Source of the DNA: an uncultured Planctomycetota bacterium
Lineage (GTDB): Bacteria; Planctomycetota; Planctomycetia; Isosphaerales; Isosphaeraceae
Assembly (NCBI GenBank): GCA_963737655.1
Contig: CAVTTN010000002.1
Span: 3,552,001 to 3,616,000 of the forward strand
DNA length: 64,000 bases
Direction: 5' to 3'
The notes under the pieces are model-generated. The model ran no database searches. It was not told the origin of the DNA and saw only the letters and a list, made by a program, of their open reading frames with translations. Shown here one piece after another: positions 42,703 through 54,791 of this stretch; within the stretch, counting starts at the first letter, position 1; the number at the start of each line of letters is the position of its first letter. The position numbers and the translations under genes are program-made.

Positions 42703-43476
42703 ATGATTGACGGTGTGACCATCCGACCGGCCGAGAGTCCGGCCGATTATCTGGCGGTGCAGCAGGCCCAGAGGCGGGCCTGGGGGATCGTCGAATCGTC
42801 GTATGTCGTGCCGATCGCCACGATGGTCGGTGCGCAACTCCACGGCGGCCTGGTCCTGGGCGCGTTCCGGCCCGATGGCGAGGCGCTGGGCCTTTCGTTT
42901 GCGTTCCTGGGTCGATCGGAGGGCCGGCTGTGCCTCTATTCGCAGCTCACCGGGGTCGTCCCGGAAGCCCAGGGGCTCGGGATCGGCGGTCGGATGAAGG
43001 CCGCCCAGCGGTCGTTCGCCCGCGATCAGGGAATCCCGATCGTCGCCTGGGCGTTCGACCCCTTCCGCCTCCGCAATGCGCGGTTCAATCTGGATCGCCT
43101 TGGCGTCACGGTGGCGCGATATCTTGTAAATATGTACGGGCCTCGGACGGATGCCCTGAACGCCGGGCGGCCGACGGATCGCCTGATCGCCGAATGGCCC
43201 GCGTCCAATCCTCCGCCTCGGAGAGACTTCCCGGTCCTCGACGATTGGCGGAGCCTTCCCAGGCCGATCCTCGGGGGGCGGCCGGTCGGCGGGTTTTCGT
43301 TCGACGTGCCGAGGATGGTCCTGGAGATGCCGGCCGAGGAGGCGGATGCCGAAGGATGGCGAGAGGCCGTGCGTTTCGCGTTTAGCTCGGCATTCGCACG
43401 GGGGCATCGTGCGGTGGGCATCGTGGGCGATGGCGCCCCGGGGTCGGGCTATCTGCTCGAAAAAAGGCCGGGCTGA
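42703..43476 (+). CDS. GNAT acyltransferase, probable D-amino-acid N-succinyltransferase
   Basis: GGLVLGAF, LYSQLTGV.PEAQGLGIG..MK, WAFDP...NARFNL..LG, NMYG and PTDRLIAEW. Confidence 0.82.
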   Translation: MIDGVTIRPAESPADYLAVQQAQRRAWGIVESSYVVPIATMVGAQLHGGLVLGAFRPDGEALGLSFAFLGRSEGRLCLYSQLTGVVPEAQGLGIGGRMKAAQRSFARDQGIPIVAWAFDPFRLRNARFNLDRLGVTVARYLVNMYGPRTDALNAGRPTDRLIAEWPASNPPPRRDFPVLDDWRSLPRPILGGRPVGGFSFDVPRMVLEMPAEEADAEGWREAVRFAFSSAFARGHRAVGIVGDGAPGSGYLLEKRPG

Positions 43477-45140
43477 TCAGCGTCGCCCGAAGCAGACGAT
43501 CCCGATATCGTCGGTTTGAGGGGCCCCGGCGGCGTGCTCTCGGACGGTCTGGAGGATCGTTCGGACGATGGCCTCGGCTCCCGGGCCGGCGTTCTGGATC
43601 GTCCGAAGGAATCGATCGTTGCGGAACCGGCGATCCTCGGGGTCCATGGCGTCGGGGACGCCGTCGGTGTGGAGGACGACGAAATCGCCCCGATGGAGGG
43701 TGGCCTCGACGGCCGTATAGGTGGCGTCGTCGATCACCGCCAGGGGGGGGCCGAATTCGTCCTCGCCGATCGCCTCGATCCGGCCATTGGCCCGGCGGAT
43801 CACGGGCGTCATGTGGCCCGCGTTGACCAGGCGGAGCGTGTGGGCCTGCGTGTCAAGCTCGATCAGGGCAAAAGTGATGAATCGCTCGGGGAACCGGGCG
43901 TCGCTGAGCTGTCGATTCAACTTTTGCATCGCGAGGACGGGGTCGGACTCGGTCAGAAGGCAGGTACGGACCTCGCTGGCGAGCTTCGCGACCATCAGCG
44001 CGGCGGGCATGCCCTTGCCGGCCACGTCGCCGATGGCGAGGGTCAGGAACCTGGGGATGGGGGCGGCGGTCCGTTCCGGGAAGTAGTCGTAGTAGTCGCC
44101 GCCGACCTTGTCGGCCGGCTCGTAGGCGTCGAAAAACTCGTAGCCCGGCACCTCCGGCCGATGTTCGGGGAGGAGGGCGAGCTGGACCGACCGGGCGTTC
44201 TGGAGGCTGGCCTCGATCACGGTCAATCGGACGAGGTCTTCGTGGAGACGGGAGTTCTCGACGGCCAGGCCAACCGGGCCGGCGATCGCGCCGAGGAGGT
44301 CGAGGTCTTCCTGGCTGAACCGGCTCATCTGGTCGCGGGTGTCGATCTGGATCATGCCGACCGGCCGGCGATCGGCGTCCATCAGGGGGCGCACATCATC
44401 GTGCGGATCTCGGCGCCGGAGATGCTCTCGCTGTCCTTGAACCGGGAGTCGCTGGAGAGGTTGGTGCTGAGGATCGCCTGGCCCTGCTCCATCACGTGAG
44501 AAAAGATGGTGTTGGAGAGGCTCCTCGGGCCGCCGTCGTCCTTGCGGGACCGCACGGCCAGGGGGACGAGCGGGGTCCCCGAGGGTCCCTTCATCAGGAC
44601 GAACCCGCGGTCGGCCTGGGGGAAGATCCGGAACAGGCTGATGAGCGTGCGGTCCAGGACGTCGCGAAGCTGCAACGACGCGCCGATGTCCCGGCTGATC
44701 TCCAGGACCGCCTGGAGCTTGTCCTCGGCCTTCATCTTCGGCCCGAAGACGCTCGAGCCGGCCATGGTGATCGAGCCGAGGATCTTGGACGAGGATTCGT
44801 CGTCGCTCTCCAGGGTGATCGGCGAGTTCAGCGGCCCCGGGGCGCGGAAGGCCAGGGTGAAGTCGCAAATCTTGATCCGGTCGCCGTCCAGGAGCCGACG
44901 GGGGGTCTTGTGAGGCAGGAGGACGCCGTTCACATAGGTCCGGTTCAGGCTCGAATCGTCCTCGATCAGGAAGCCCAGGGGGTCCGGGCGGATCTCGGCA
45001 TGGTGCTTCGAGACGCGGTAGTCCGACAGGACGACCTGGCACTCCTTGCCCCGGCCGAGGATCGTCTTCCCCCCGTCGAGGGAGAATTCCTGGCCGCCGA
45101 CGAGCTTCAGGCTCGGCTTCCGTTCCCCTTCGGAAGACAT
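43477..45140 (-). CDS. FHA-GAF-PP2C (SpoIIE) phosphatase (frameshift near 44387)
   Basis: FHA: LGR...VSKHHA...SLNRTYVNG. GAF: RTMMCAPL...GMIQID. PP2C: VGGDYYD, GDVAGKG, NAGH, HTDGV and DDIG. Confidence 0.88.
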
Positions 45141-45336
45141 GGTCCGGCCTCCTCGACGCTGGCCCGGGACGGTCCCCCTCCGCGTTCCGCACGGAGGGCG
45201 GGCCGAACTCCATTGTGACGGCCGGGGCCGGTCCACCCAAGCGGTTTTTTCAACCTCGGGGCGGAAATCCGGTCTCGGACCTCCGGGACAGGAGCGCAGG
45301 TGGACGGAATCGAACGAATCCGACGGCCCGGAACGC

Positions 45337-46676
45337 TTAGATGAACTCCCGGATCGCCGATCCCTTATCGACCAGGCGAATCGGCTGGCCGTCGGGCGTC
45401 TCGAACTTCGTCGCGGGGTCGATCCCCAGGAGGGTATAGATCGTGGCGGCGAGGTCGGCCGGGGTGATCGGGCGCTCGACCGGGGAATCCCCTCGCGGGT
45501 CGGTCCGGCCCAGGACGAGCCCTCCGGGCGTCCCGGCACCGGCCACGATCACGCTGTTGGCCCGTCCGTGGTGGTCGCGGCCGGCGTTGGGATTGATCTT
45601 CGGCGTCCGGCCGAACTCCCCCATGCAGACCACCAGGGTCGAATCCAGCAATCCCCGCTCGGCCAGGTCGGCCAGGAGGACCGAGAGGCCCTGGTCGATC
45701 GGCGGGGCCAGGGTATTCTTGATGGTGGGGAAGTTCTGCTGGTGGGTATCCCAGCCGGCCGGACCGGCCCCCCGGTCATTGATCGTGACGAACGGAACGC
45801 CCCTCTCGACGAGCCTCCGGGCGAGGAGGCAGGCCTGGCCGACCGGGTTCCGGCCGAAGCGGTCGCGGACCTCCGCCGGCTCGGTCTCGATCCGGAACGC
45901 GGCCTGGGCCTCGCCCGAGGTCAGCAGGTCGTAGGCCTTGTCGATGAACTGGTCTCGGCTGGTCGTCAGGGGGGTCTCGCTCAGGTCGTGGGTGAAGCCG
46001 TCGAGCGAGCGGATCATCGACCGTCGGCGCCGAAGCCGTTCGAGGGTCAGGCGATCGGGCGGGGTGAGGTCCCGGACGCGGAACCCGGCGCCGTTGGGAT
46101 CACCGCCGACGGCGAACGGATCGTACGCCGGGGTCAGGTAGCCGCCGCCGGAGAAGGCCGGGGCCTCGGGCACCGCGACATACGGCGGGAGGACCGAATT
46201 GGCCCCGAAGCCGATCGCCTTGGCCACGGCGCTGCCGAAGCTCGGGTAGACCAGGGCCGGGCTGGGCCGATACCCGGTCTGGAGGTGGTGCGAGGCCCGG
46301 CCGTGGTCGGCCTCGGGCGAAGTCATGGACCGGATCAGGGCGAGTTGATGCATCGAGGCCGCCAGCCTCGGCAGGACCTCGGAGATCGTCACGCCCGGGA
46401 CGCTCGTGGCGATCGGCTTGAACTCGCCCCGGACGTCGGCGGGCGCCTCGGGCTTGGGGTCGAAGGTGTCGATGTGGACGGCCCGCCCTCCTGCCAGATC
46501 AGGATGCAGCTCTTGGCCCGAGGGGCGATTTTCAGGCCGGTGGAGGGGTCGGAGGCCAGGGAACGGCCCCGGAGGAGGTCGGCCAGGCCGAGCCCGAAGG
46601 CGCTCAGGGCACCGACCCGGAGGGCTTCCCGGCGGCTGGGTCCGCGGCACGGCCGATCGCTCATCGGGGGAGTCAT
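45337..46676 (-). CDS. DUF1501 protein (Tat signal; frameshift near 46476)
   Basis: SRREAL, WQEGGPS/HIDTFDPKP, LARRLVERGV, WDTH, GEFGRTP and GRDHH. Confidence 0.88.
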
Positions 46677-46701
46677 GGCGAGGCTCCTTCGGGCTTCTGG
46701 G

Positions 46702-49262
46702 TCAGTGATTGAATGCGAACTCTCGGGAATTGAGCAGGGCCCAGAACAGGTCCTCGGCGGCGTCCCGGAACGAGGACGCGGACTTCAGCTCGGCCGACCA
46801 GTGCGAGAGCTCCTCGGACGTCGGCGGCCGGCAGAGGGCCTTCATGTACAGGAGTTCCACCAGGTCGCCCGGCTCGGGGTTCTCGACCAGGAGGTTCGAG
46901 AGGTAGCCGTTGAGGCCCGGTGACCTTGCTGTCGACCACGTCGCCGCCGATCAGCAGGAGGGCCTGGCGGAGGCTGAGCGACGGCGTGGCCGCCGGGGAG
47001 CAGGAGTTGGTCCTCGGACACCGGCCGAACGTGTCCAGCAGGACGCTCGGCACGCTCGGGTCGAAGACCTCGATCGCCTTCCTCTTGCCAAGCTGGCCGA
47101 AGCGAAGCTCGGAGCCGGTCACCGTGGCCAGGGCGTCGGCCATCTGGTGGGCCGTCAGCGGGCGGGGCAGGTGGTGCGAGAAGAAGCGGGTATCCCCGGC
47201 GTTCCCCGGCAAGGTCGCCGAGGAGAGGCCATACGCCTCGCTCGTCACGATCGTTCGGATCAGGTCGCGAACGTCGTACTTGTGCTCGACGAAGTGCCTG
47301 GCCAGCGCGTCGAGCAGCTCGGGGTGAACGGGTGGGTTCGCCGGGCTGAGGTCGTCGGCCGGCTCGGCCAGTCCTCGGCCCGAAGAACTGGGCCCAGGCC
47401 CAGTTGACCGTGGCGCGGGCGAAATACGGATTCTCGGGCCGGGTCATCCAGTCGGCCAGGGCCTTTCGCGGGTCTTCGTCCTTGGAAACCTTGACCGGAG
47501 AACCGTCCAGGAGCCTCATCTCGGCCGGCTTCTTGGTTCGGAGGTGCTCGACCGTGCCGTCGGGCAAGACGCCGATCTTCAATCGGCCCATCATCGCCCC
47601 GGCGGGCTGGTTGCGGTAGTTCCCCGAGGGCCCGACCTTGGCGAAGATCGCCGCCAGGCCGAAATAGTCGTCCTGGGTCCAGACATCAAACGGATGGTCA
47701 TGGCACTGGGCACAGCGGAGCCGGAGGCCGAGGAACCTCTGGGCCGTCTGCTCGGCGGCGACCTTCGGATCATACATGCCGTCGGCCGCGTAGTTCACCG
47801 GGCCGCCGGTCGCCTTGTCGTACGGGTCGCCCAGCGAGGTCAGGAGCTCGCGGACGACCTGGTCCCACGGCGTATTCTGCTCCAGGCGATGCTTCATCCA
47901 GACCTTGTAGGGGTCCGACCCGTTACCGAACCGGGCCTGGCTGATCTGGAGGAGGTCGCCGAGCTTGATCTCCCAGAACGAGACGAAATCGGCGCTCTTG
48001 AGGAGCTCCTCGACCTTCTTCTCCCTCTTATCGGGGTCTGTATCCTTGAGGAATTCGCGGACCTGCCAGGAATCGGGCTGCTGGGCGGTCAGGTCGAGCG
48101 TGACCCGGCGGAGCCAGGCGGCATCGTTGGCCGGAGGGCTGGGCGGCACCTTGAGCGATTCCAGCCTCTTGAACAGCTCGACGTCGATCACGTTCCGCCG
48201 GGGCAGCTTGGCGAAGTCGAACGCCAGGGCGGGGTTGATGATCGTGGCCAGGCGGGTGGCGACGACCTCCGAGCCGTACCGGACGATCAGATCCGCCTCG
48301 GCCCGACGGAGCAACCGCGCCGACCCTTCGGGCGAGACCTCGACGGCCGAGTCGTCGTTGACCTTGAACGAGGCGAGCCGGGTCACGTCGCGAGTCCGGC
48401 CGTCGGAGAACGTCGCCACGACCCGAAGTTGCCTCGGGCCAGGGGCATCGAGCCGGGAATCGGCCGGTTCGACCAAGAGCTTGGTCAGTTTCCTCGGCTC
48501 CAGGCCCTTCCTCTCCGGCGCGCCGTCGGCGATCCAGCGGAGGAGGACCCGGTGGGCGTCCGTCCCGGAGACGATTCGCTGGCCGCCTCCGTGGGGGGTC
48601 CGGCCCGTCGCCTTCCTCATCAGGAGGCTTTCCTCGGGGTCGAATCGGAGGAGCCGCCGCCCGCCGGCCTCCCGGACGATCGCCTGATAGTCCCCCTCGG
48701 GATCGTAGCCGAACAGCGAGAGGTGGAAGCCGTTCTGGCCGTCGGCCTTGCCGTGGCAGCCGCCGGTGTTGCAACCCGCTCGGGTCAGAAGCGGCACGAT
48801 ATCGGTCGCGAAATCCCAGGAACGCCCCGCGGCCGGCTCGGGCTGGACCTGGACTTCCGCCCGGATGACCTCGTCGCCGATCTTGCCTTCGATCGTGGCC
48901 TTCCCCGGGCCAATCGGCCGGAAATAGCCGTTGGAGACCGGAACCAGAATTCCCGGAGGCTCGACGGTCCAGGCCGCATCGCCCGTGACGTCGCGGACGC
49001 CTCCGCCGGGCCCCTTCCCTTCGACCAGAAGCTGCAAGCCGGGATCGCCCGGGTCCAGGCTGGCCGTCGCCGGGATCACGCGAAAGGCAGGCTCCTTCGG
49101 GCGTGCCGGCGCGGGCGGCGGCGGTTCCGGCCGTCGGGCAACCTCCGGCTTCGGCCCCGAAGCGGCGGGCTTGGGCGTCGCGGTCTTCGTCGCGCCGCCT
49201 CCGCAGCCCGCCAGGAATGCCAGGACTAGCGGCAGGCCGCCCTTCGCGATTCGCCGTCTCAT
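46702..49262 (-). CDS. DUF1549/DUF1553 lipoprotein with Ig-like domains (frameshifts near 47380 and 46918)
   Basis: Lipobox LAGC, GCNTGGCHG, LRCAQCHDHPFD, ENPYFAR and C-terminal ALLNSREFAFNH*. Confidence 0.87.
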
Positions 49263-49408
49263 CGAACGCCCCTTCCGCGAGCCCAACGGCCCGGCACCGG
49301 CGACCCCGATCGACGTCCCTAATCCTAAAACACTAGGATTCCCGACGCAAGCGAATAATCCCCGACGGCGGACGATTTTTCGACGATTGTAGGGCCGCCG
49401 CCGCCTCC

Positions 49409-49453
49409 TTGACGGAGGCCGGAATCGGGGTAAGATTTCTGGAGAGACTGAAA
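49409..49453 (+). promoter_or_regulatory. promoter with overlapping palindromic operator
   Basis: TTGACG, 16 nt spacer, TAAGAT, immediately followed by TTTCTG-N6-CTGAAA (49436-49453). Confidence 0.55.
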
Positions 49454-49477
49454 GGACCGTTAGAGCGGAACAAACCC

Positions 49478-50026
49478 GTGGAACTGACGCACGCGGCCCA
49501 GAAATTCGTGCTGCACTGGGGCGAGATGGGGCAGGCCTGGGGGATCAACCGGACCATGGCGCAGGTCCACGCGCTCCTGTTCGTGGCGCCGGAGGCCCTG
49601 GACGCCGAGGAGATCAGCCGCCTTCTGGACGTGAGTCGGTCGAACGTCTCTACCAGTCTTCGCGAGCTGATCACCTGGGGCGTGGTCCGCCGGGTCCACA
49701 TCATCGGCGACCGCCGCGACCGTTTCGAGGCGCTCAAGGACGTCATGGAGACGTTCCGCGTGATCATGGCCGAGCGAAAACGCCGGGAGATGGACCCGAC
49801 CATCGCCCTCCTGGAACATTGCGTCCAGGAGGCCAGGGCCGGGGGCGCCACCGAGGATTACACCCGCGAACAGCTCGAGAAGATGCTGGAATTCGTCAGG
49901 ATGGTGACCGTCTGGTACAGCCAGATCGACCACCTGTCCACGCCCGCGCTCCAGAGGCTGTTTCGAGGGGGCGCGAAGCTCGCCAAGCTGTTCGGCCTGA
50001 CCGGTTCGCCCGAAACGGTGGCGTGA
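49478..50026 (+). CDS. GbsR/MarR-family transcriptional regulator
   Basis: FVLHWGEMGQAWGINRTMAQVHALL, VSRSNVSTSLREL..WG and ERKRREMDP. Confidence 0.88.
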   Translation: MELTHAAQKFVLHWGEMGQAWGINRTMAQVHALLFVAPEALDAEEISRLLDVSRSNVSTSLRELITWGVVRRVHIIGDRRDRFEALKDVMETFRVIMAERKRREMDPTIALLEHCVQEARAGGATEDYTREQLEKMLEFVRMVTVWYSQIDHLSTPALQRLFRGGAKLAKLFGLTGSPETVA

Positions 50027-50040
50027 GGTCCGGCAGGGAT

Positions 50041-50082
50041 GTCCGTGTTTCGCGTCGCCCATCGACCACGCGAAACACGGAC
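50041..50082. terminator. 15-bp perfect inverted repeat between convergent genes
   Basis: GTCCGTGTTTCGCGT-N12-ACGCGAAACACGGAC. Confidence 0.6.
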
Positions 50083-50103
50083 GACCGCATGGGATCGGCC
50101 ATC

Positions 50104-52266
50104 CTAGAACGGCGCACGGCCACCGGCGCCCTTGGGGGCTGGGGCCTTCTTCTGGGCACCGCCGCCTTGCCCCTTCGGGGCCGCGCCCTCGGATTTCGAC
50201 TCCCCTCCGCCTCCCGAGGGTGCCCCGCCGGTGGGACGGGCGGTCAGATGGAATGAGCCGAAGAAATCGGTGGCGGTCTTCTCGCGCAACCAGGCCTTCG
50301 GGCCATAGAACGAAATCGTGTAGATGCGAGCATTCAGCTCGACCGTTCGAAGCAGGAGCCCGTTGGCGCCCTGGCCTCCCTGGCCGGCGACTTCGAACTC
50401 GATCTCGCGGCCATCCCGACCGTCGATCGTGATCGGCGTCTCCTTGACGACCTTCGAGCCCGGCACGGTGGCCAGGGCCCGGGTCCGCTCGCCGTCGAAG
50501 GCCTTGGGCCGTTCCTCGTCCGTCATCGCGATGGGATAGGTCCAGTACTCGGCGGAGAAGACGCCCTTGGTCGGATCGGTCAGGCGGTAGATCTTGATCT
50601 CGCTCGCTCCGTCGGCGGCCTTGGCGGTGGACTGGCCGGGCAGGCCCGGGAAGACGATCTGGAAGCCGGCCCCGAGCGGGGCGACCTCGGTGATCGCGCC
50701 TCCTCCGGCCGACGTCCCCCCGCCAATCTTCAGAGGGGGCGCCTTGGGCAGCGCCTTGGTCGCGTTCCTGTCGGCGTTGGCCTGGACGATGTGACGCTGA
50801 TAGGCGTCGTCGAAGCTGGCGAATTCATCGTCGTTGAGATAGCTATCGATCAGCGCCTTGGTGTCGCCGATCAGCCGCTGATAGGTCCCGGTCCGGATGG
50901 CCTTGCCCCGGTTCTTCGACTGCTCGCTGTTGAGCGACTCGTCCAGCCGGGTGACCCGGGACTCGAGGTCGGCCTTGGAGGGGAGGCGGCGGAACTCGTC
51001 CATGTACTGCTTGGCCTCGTCCCAGTTCTCTCCCTCGATCCTCGCCTTGATCTTCGACTCCAGGCGGCGGCGGATGGCGATCATGTCCACGATCTCGTCG
51101 CGGATCGCGTTGATCTCGCTCTCGATGGTGACCGTGGGCGACTTCAGATCCACGCCGATGGTCCGCTCCTCGACCTGGATGCCGGGCATCAGGGGGAATT
51201 CGGTCAGGGGTTCGATGTCGGCGGCGAGCAGGCGGGCCAGCAGGAGGCCCTCGCCGTAATTCGGCTCCAGGACGATCCGGCCCTCGCGGTCAGTCGCACC
51301 GGCCTCTCTCGGGCTGCCTCCGCTGACGGGCCGGGTGATCAGCTTGTAACCGGAGGCGGGGATGTGTTCCTTGTTCGCCCCGACGGTCACGAACCGGAGG
51401 CGGGTCGGGATCGAGGCCGGCTTCAGCCCGATGGCGACGGCCCGGAATCGTCCGATGATCTTCTTGGTGAAAGGCTCGGCCAGGGCCGTCGTGATGGAGC
51501 AGGTGGCGATGCCCCCCTCGATGCTCTCGGCCCGGCAGAACGTGTTGTTGATGATGTCGATTCGATTGATCGAGCCATCAGGCTTGTAGTAGATCCGCAT
51601 CGGGCGGAACATGGCACCGACGGGGGCGACCGCGCCGAGGGGATCGGCCGAGGGGATCATCGATCCCTGGACCTTGAGCTTGACCTCCTGGGACATCGCG
51701 TCGCCGATCTCGGCCACGGGGGCGAAGACGTCCAGGCAGAGGCGGAGCAGGGCCCGGGGGGCGTCGGCCGGCACTTTCGCCTCTCGGCGGCACAGCAGGC
51801 CGATTCGCTCGGTGGTGGCGTCGTACTCGCGGGCCGCGAAGCTCAGGCCGGCCCCATCGGGCTCGACGCGGATCATCCACGCCTTGTCGAACCCCTTGAC
51901 CAGCGGCAGGACGTCCTTCGGCTGGATCTCCTCCAGGTCCTTGGTCGCCAGCGGGCCTTCGCCCTCGGCGATTTCGAGCTGCCACGGGGCGCCGACGAAC
52001 CGGCCCACCATCACCTTCCAGCCGGCGATCATCGATTCGCGGCCCCGGGGATCGACCCGGGCCCGCGAATCGATCGACAGCCAGGCGCGGATCTTGTACG
52101 GCCGCAATTCGAACGGGACTTCGGCCGAGGCCGTCTCGCGGGGCGACGCCGGGGCGGCGGGCGCCGGAGGCGTCTGGGGAGGGGCGGGCTTGGTCGAATC
52201 GTCGGCCCCGGGCGCCGGCCCGAGCGCGGCGAAGGCCAGGACCGCCCCGAGCGTCAAGCTCACCAC
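50104..52266 (-). CDS. large secreted hypothetical protein (coiled-coil centre)
   Basis: About 720 aa with a signal-like VSLTLGAVLAFAALG. Start is GTG 52266/52263, overlapping the upstream stop, or ATG 52299. Confidence 0.7.
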   Translation of the reverse strand: MVSLTLGAVLAFAALGPAPGADDSTKPAPPQTPPAPAAPASPRETASAEVPFELRPYKIRAWLSIDSRARVDPRGRESMIAGWKVMVGRFVGAPWQLEIAEGEGPLATKDLEEIQPKDVLPLVKGFDKAWMIRVEPDGAGLSFAAREYDATTERIGLLCRREAKVPADAPRALLRLCLDVFAPVAEIGDAMSQEVKLKVQGSMIPSADPLGAVAPVGAMFRPMRIYYKPDGSINRIDIINNTFCRAESIEGGIATCSITTALAEPFTKKIIGRFRAVAIGLKPASIPTRLRFVTVGANKEHIPASGYKLITRPVSGGSPREAGATDREGRIVLEPNYGEGLLLARLLAADIEPLTEFPLMPGIQVEERTIGVDLKSPTVTIESEINAIRDEIVDMIAIRRRLESKIKARIEGENWDEAKQYMDEFRRLPSKADLESRVTRLDESLNSEQSKNRGKAIRTGTYQRLIGDTKALIDSYLNDDEFASFDDAYQRHIVQANADRNATKALPKAPPLKIGGGTSAGGGAITEVAPLGAGFQIVFPGLPGQSTAKAADGASEIKIYRLTDPTKGVFSAEYWTYPIAMTDEERPKAFDGERTRALATVPGSKVVKETPITIDGRDGREIEFEVAGQGGQGANGLLLRTVELNARIYTISFYGPKAWLREKTATDFFGSFHLTARPTGGAPSGGGGESKSEGAAPKGQGGGAQKKAPAPKGAGGRAPF

Positions 52267-54715
52267 GGGTCCTTGGCGAACCAGGCGTCGATTTGCCATT
52301 GGTCGATCCCTTGATAAAGGTGGTCCGCCGAGTCGCCGGGGCCTTTCAGGCGGGTCCGGTAGGCGTAATGGTCCTGGAGCTGCCAGAGGGGGATGATCGG
52401 CAGCTCGTCGCGGCATTCGCGGTCGATCTGCTTGACCAGCTCCCTCGCCGTGTTCAATTCCGGGGCGTGTTCCAGCTGCAAGAGGAGCTGCAAGATCCTC
52501 GGGCTGGAGATCGAGGCCAGGGCCTCGGTGTCGCTCGGGGCGTCGTAGCCGGGGCAGAGGATCGGGCCGACCTCGTGGAGGGGTTCGACGCAATGGTTGG
52601 CACGATACGCCAGGTCGAACCGCTTGCCGGAACGGAGCGCCTCCTCCAGCTCGGACTCCGGCCGCTCCACCAGGGCGATCTCGACCCCGCAATCGCGGAG
52701 CATCTCGGCCAGGCGGGGGGCGGCGACCTGGGCCTCGGGGATCGCCGGGTATTCCAGGGTGAGCTTGATCGGCCCGATCTTCATCTCGGTCTTGCCGGCG
52801 GCGATCAGCATCCGCGACAGGCCGAGGTCATACGGATACGGCTTCACGCCGGCGGCATTGGCGTAGCTGTCGGTGGCGAAGGGGCCGTCGGACGGGGTAT
52901 TGGCCTCGTCGGTCGCTCGGTGGAGGATGTTCTCCTCGAGGATCAGTCGGCGGTCGATCGCGTAGGCCAATCCTCGGCGGATCGAGCGGTTGCGGAGGAC
53001 GGGGTTCCGCCCGTCCAGGGCCAGGCAGTGGAGGCTCGGGTGGTTGTAGGTGCCGACCTTGATCTCGGCTTCCTGGCGGAGGGCCGGCACGCGGTCGGGC
53101 GCGACCCGCTCGACCATGGTGACCTCGCCGCGGACCAGGGCGCCGAGGGCCTCCGAGGCGTCCTTCATCCGCACTTCCTTGATCCGCTTGACCTTGGCCG
53201 TGGCGTTGGCCGGGGCGGAGTGATAGGCGGCCGAGTTCTCCGATTCCGAGACGGAGATGAACGGGCCATCGCCGACGGGCTGGCGCTTGCCGTCGGCGGA
53301 GGAGACGCGGCCGTCCCACGCGGCATGGGCCGGGCCCACCGGCTTGAGCAGCCAAGACTCCGGCCGAAGCACCGGGCGGGTCAGGCGGACGCTGACCTGT
53401 TGCTCGTCGGTGATCTCGACCCGGTCCAGAAGGTCCGCCCATCGCGCCGAGTAGCCGGGCGAGCGGGGTTGGGCTCGATCCGACAACGCCCGGACCACGT
53501 CGATCGCGCCGACGGGCCTCGTCCCGTCGGACCAGACGGGCCCTTGTCGGAGCTTGATGTCGAGTTTCTTGCCGATCTCGCTGGTCTCCAGCCCCGAGGC
53601 CAACTGGGCGAGGTTCTTGCCATGGACGGCGTCCTCACTCTCGTCGGCGAGGATGGGCAGGTACAGGAGCTTGGTGACGCGCGCGGCGGCCGGGGAGCGG
53701 ACCCAGGGCGCGGCGGGACGAGGCAGGTCGAGCACGGCCACGTCGAGCGTCGGCATCGCTTTGAATGCCTCGGCGTACTTCTCGGCGGCCCCCTCGAAGG
53801 TCGGCCAGACGCGTAGGGCCTCGGCCAGCTTCTCCACCCGCTCGTACCCGTCGCGCTTCATGGCGTCGTCCACCAGGTTCTTCGCCCTGGTGTTGAAGCG
53901 GTTCTTGACCTCGACGACGATGAGGTTCTTGGGCGAGATCGTCTCCAGCTCGTGGAGGATCTTCCGGGCGTAGCCGAATTGCCCCTTCTCGAAGGCGTCG
54001 TTGATCCGCCCGCTGTATGCCTGGGCGAGTTTGTCGGCCAGGCCGGGGTAATCGGGCTTGCGGGAGCTGAGCTCGCGGAGGAGGCGGACGCCCTTGTCCC
54101 GGTCCTGGTCCAGAAGGGCCCAGCGCCCTCCTCGAAGAGGAGCTTCTCGACCCGTTCCTCCAGGCCCTTCCACTTGATGTTCTGGTCCTTGACTCTCAGG
54201 AGGTGCTCGAAGGCCCGGCCGAACTCCTTCATGAGGATCAGGCGATCGACCTCGGCCAGGAGCAGGTCTTCGAAGTAGTCGACCTTCTTGATGCTGGTCT
54301 TCAGGATCTTGAAGTCGCGAAGGTCCCCCTCCGTGAGGTGGATGATCATGTCTTCGGGGATTTCTTCCTTCTTGCTGTCGCCCTTCTGCTTGCCGATCGT
54401 GGCCGTGTTGTCGCGCGGCCCGCTCGGCGTGGTGCCGACGGTCCTCTTGGCCTTGGCTTTGGTCGGGTCGTAGGGCGGCAGGGGTCGCTCGGGCCCGACC
54501 GGCTCGATGATCCAGACCGTGTTATCGATCAGGGTCAGGCGGTCGAACGGCTCGGCCTTCAGCAAGTCCGTCGGCATGGCGCCGGAGGCCGGCTTGGCGG
54601 TGACCGGGCCTTGCTGGCCCAGGCCCGGGCGGACCGCGAGGAGGCTCACGGCGAGGACGATCGCGGACCCGGCGAAGGCGGCGAGCGGCCGGGTCAGGCG
54701 CGGGAGGACTCTCAT
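52260..54715 (-). CDS. family-5 solute-binding-like protein with N-terminal helical/TPR region (frameshift near 54125)
   Basis: Signal peptide, IKLRQGPVWSDG...DVV, VGDGPF, LRNRSIRRGLAYAIDR and DELPIIPLWQ. Confidence 0.78.
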
Positions 54716-54791
54716 GGGAGCGTCTCGGGGTAGCGGGTTTCGACCGAGAGAGGGGACGAGGGGAATGCGGATCGAGCCGGCCCGGAGGGTG

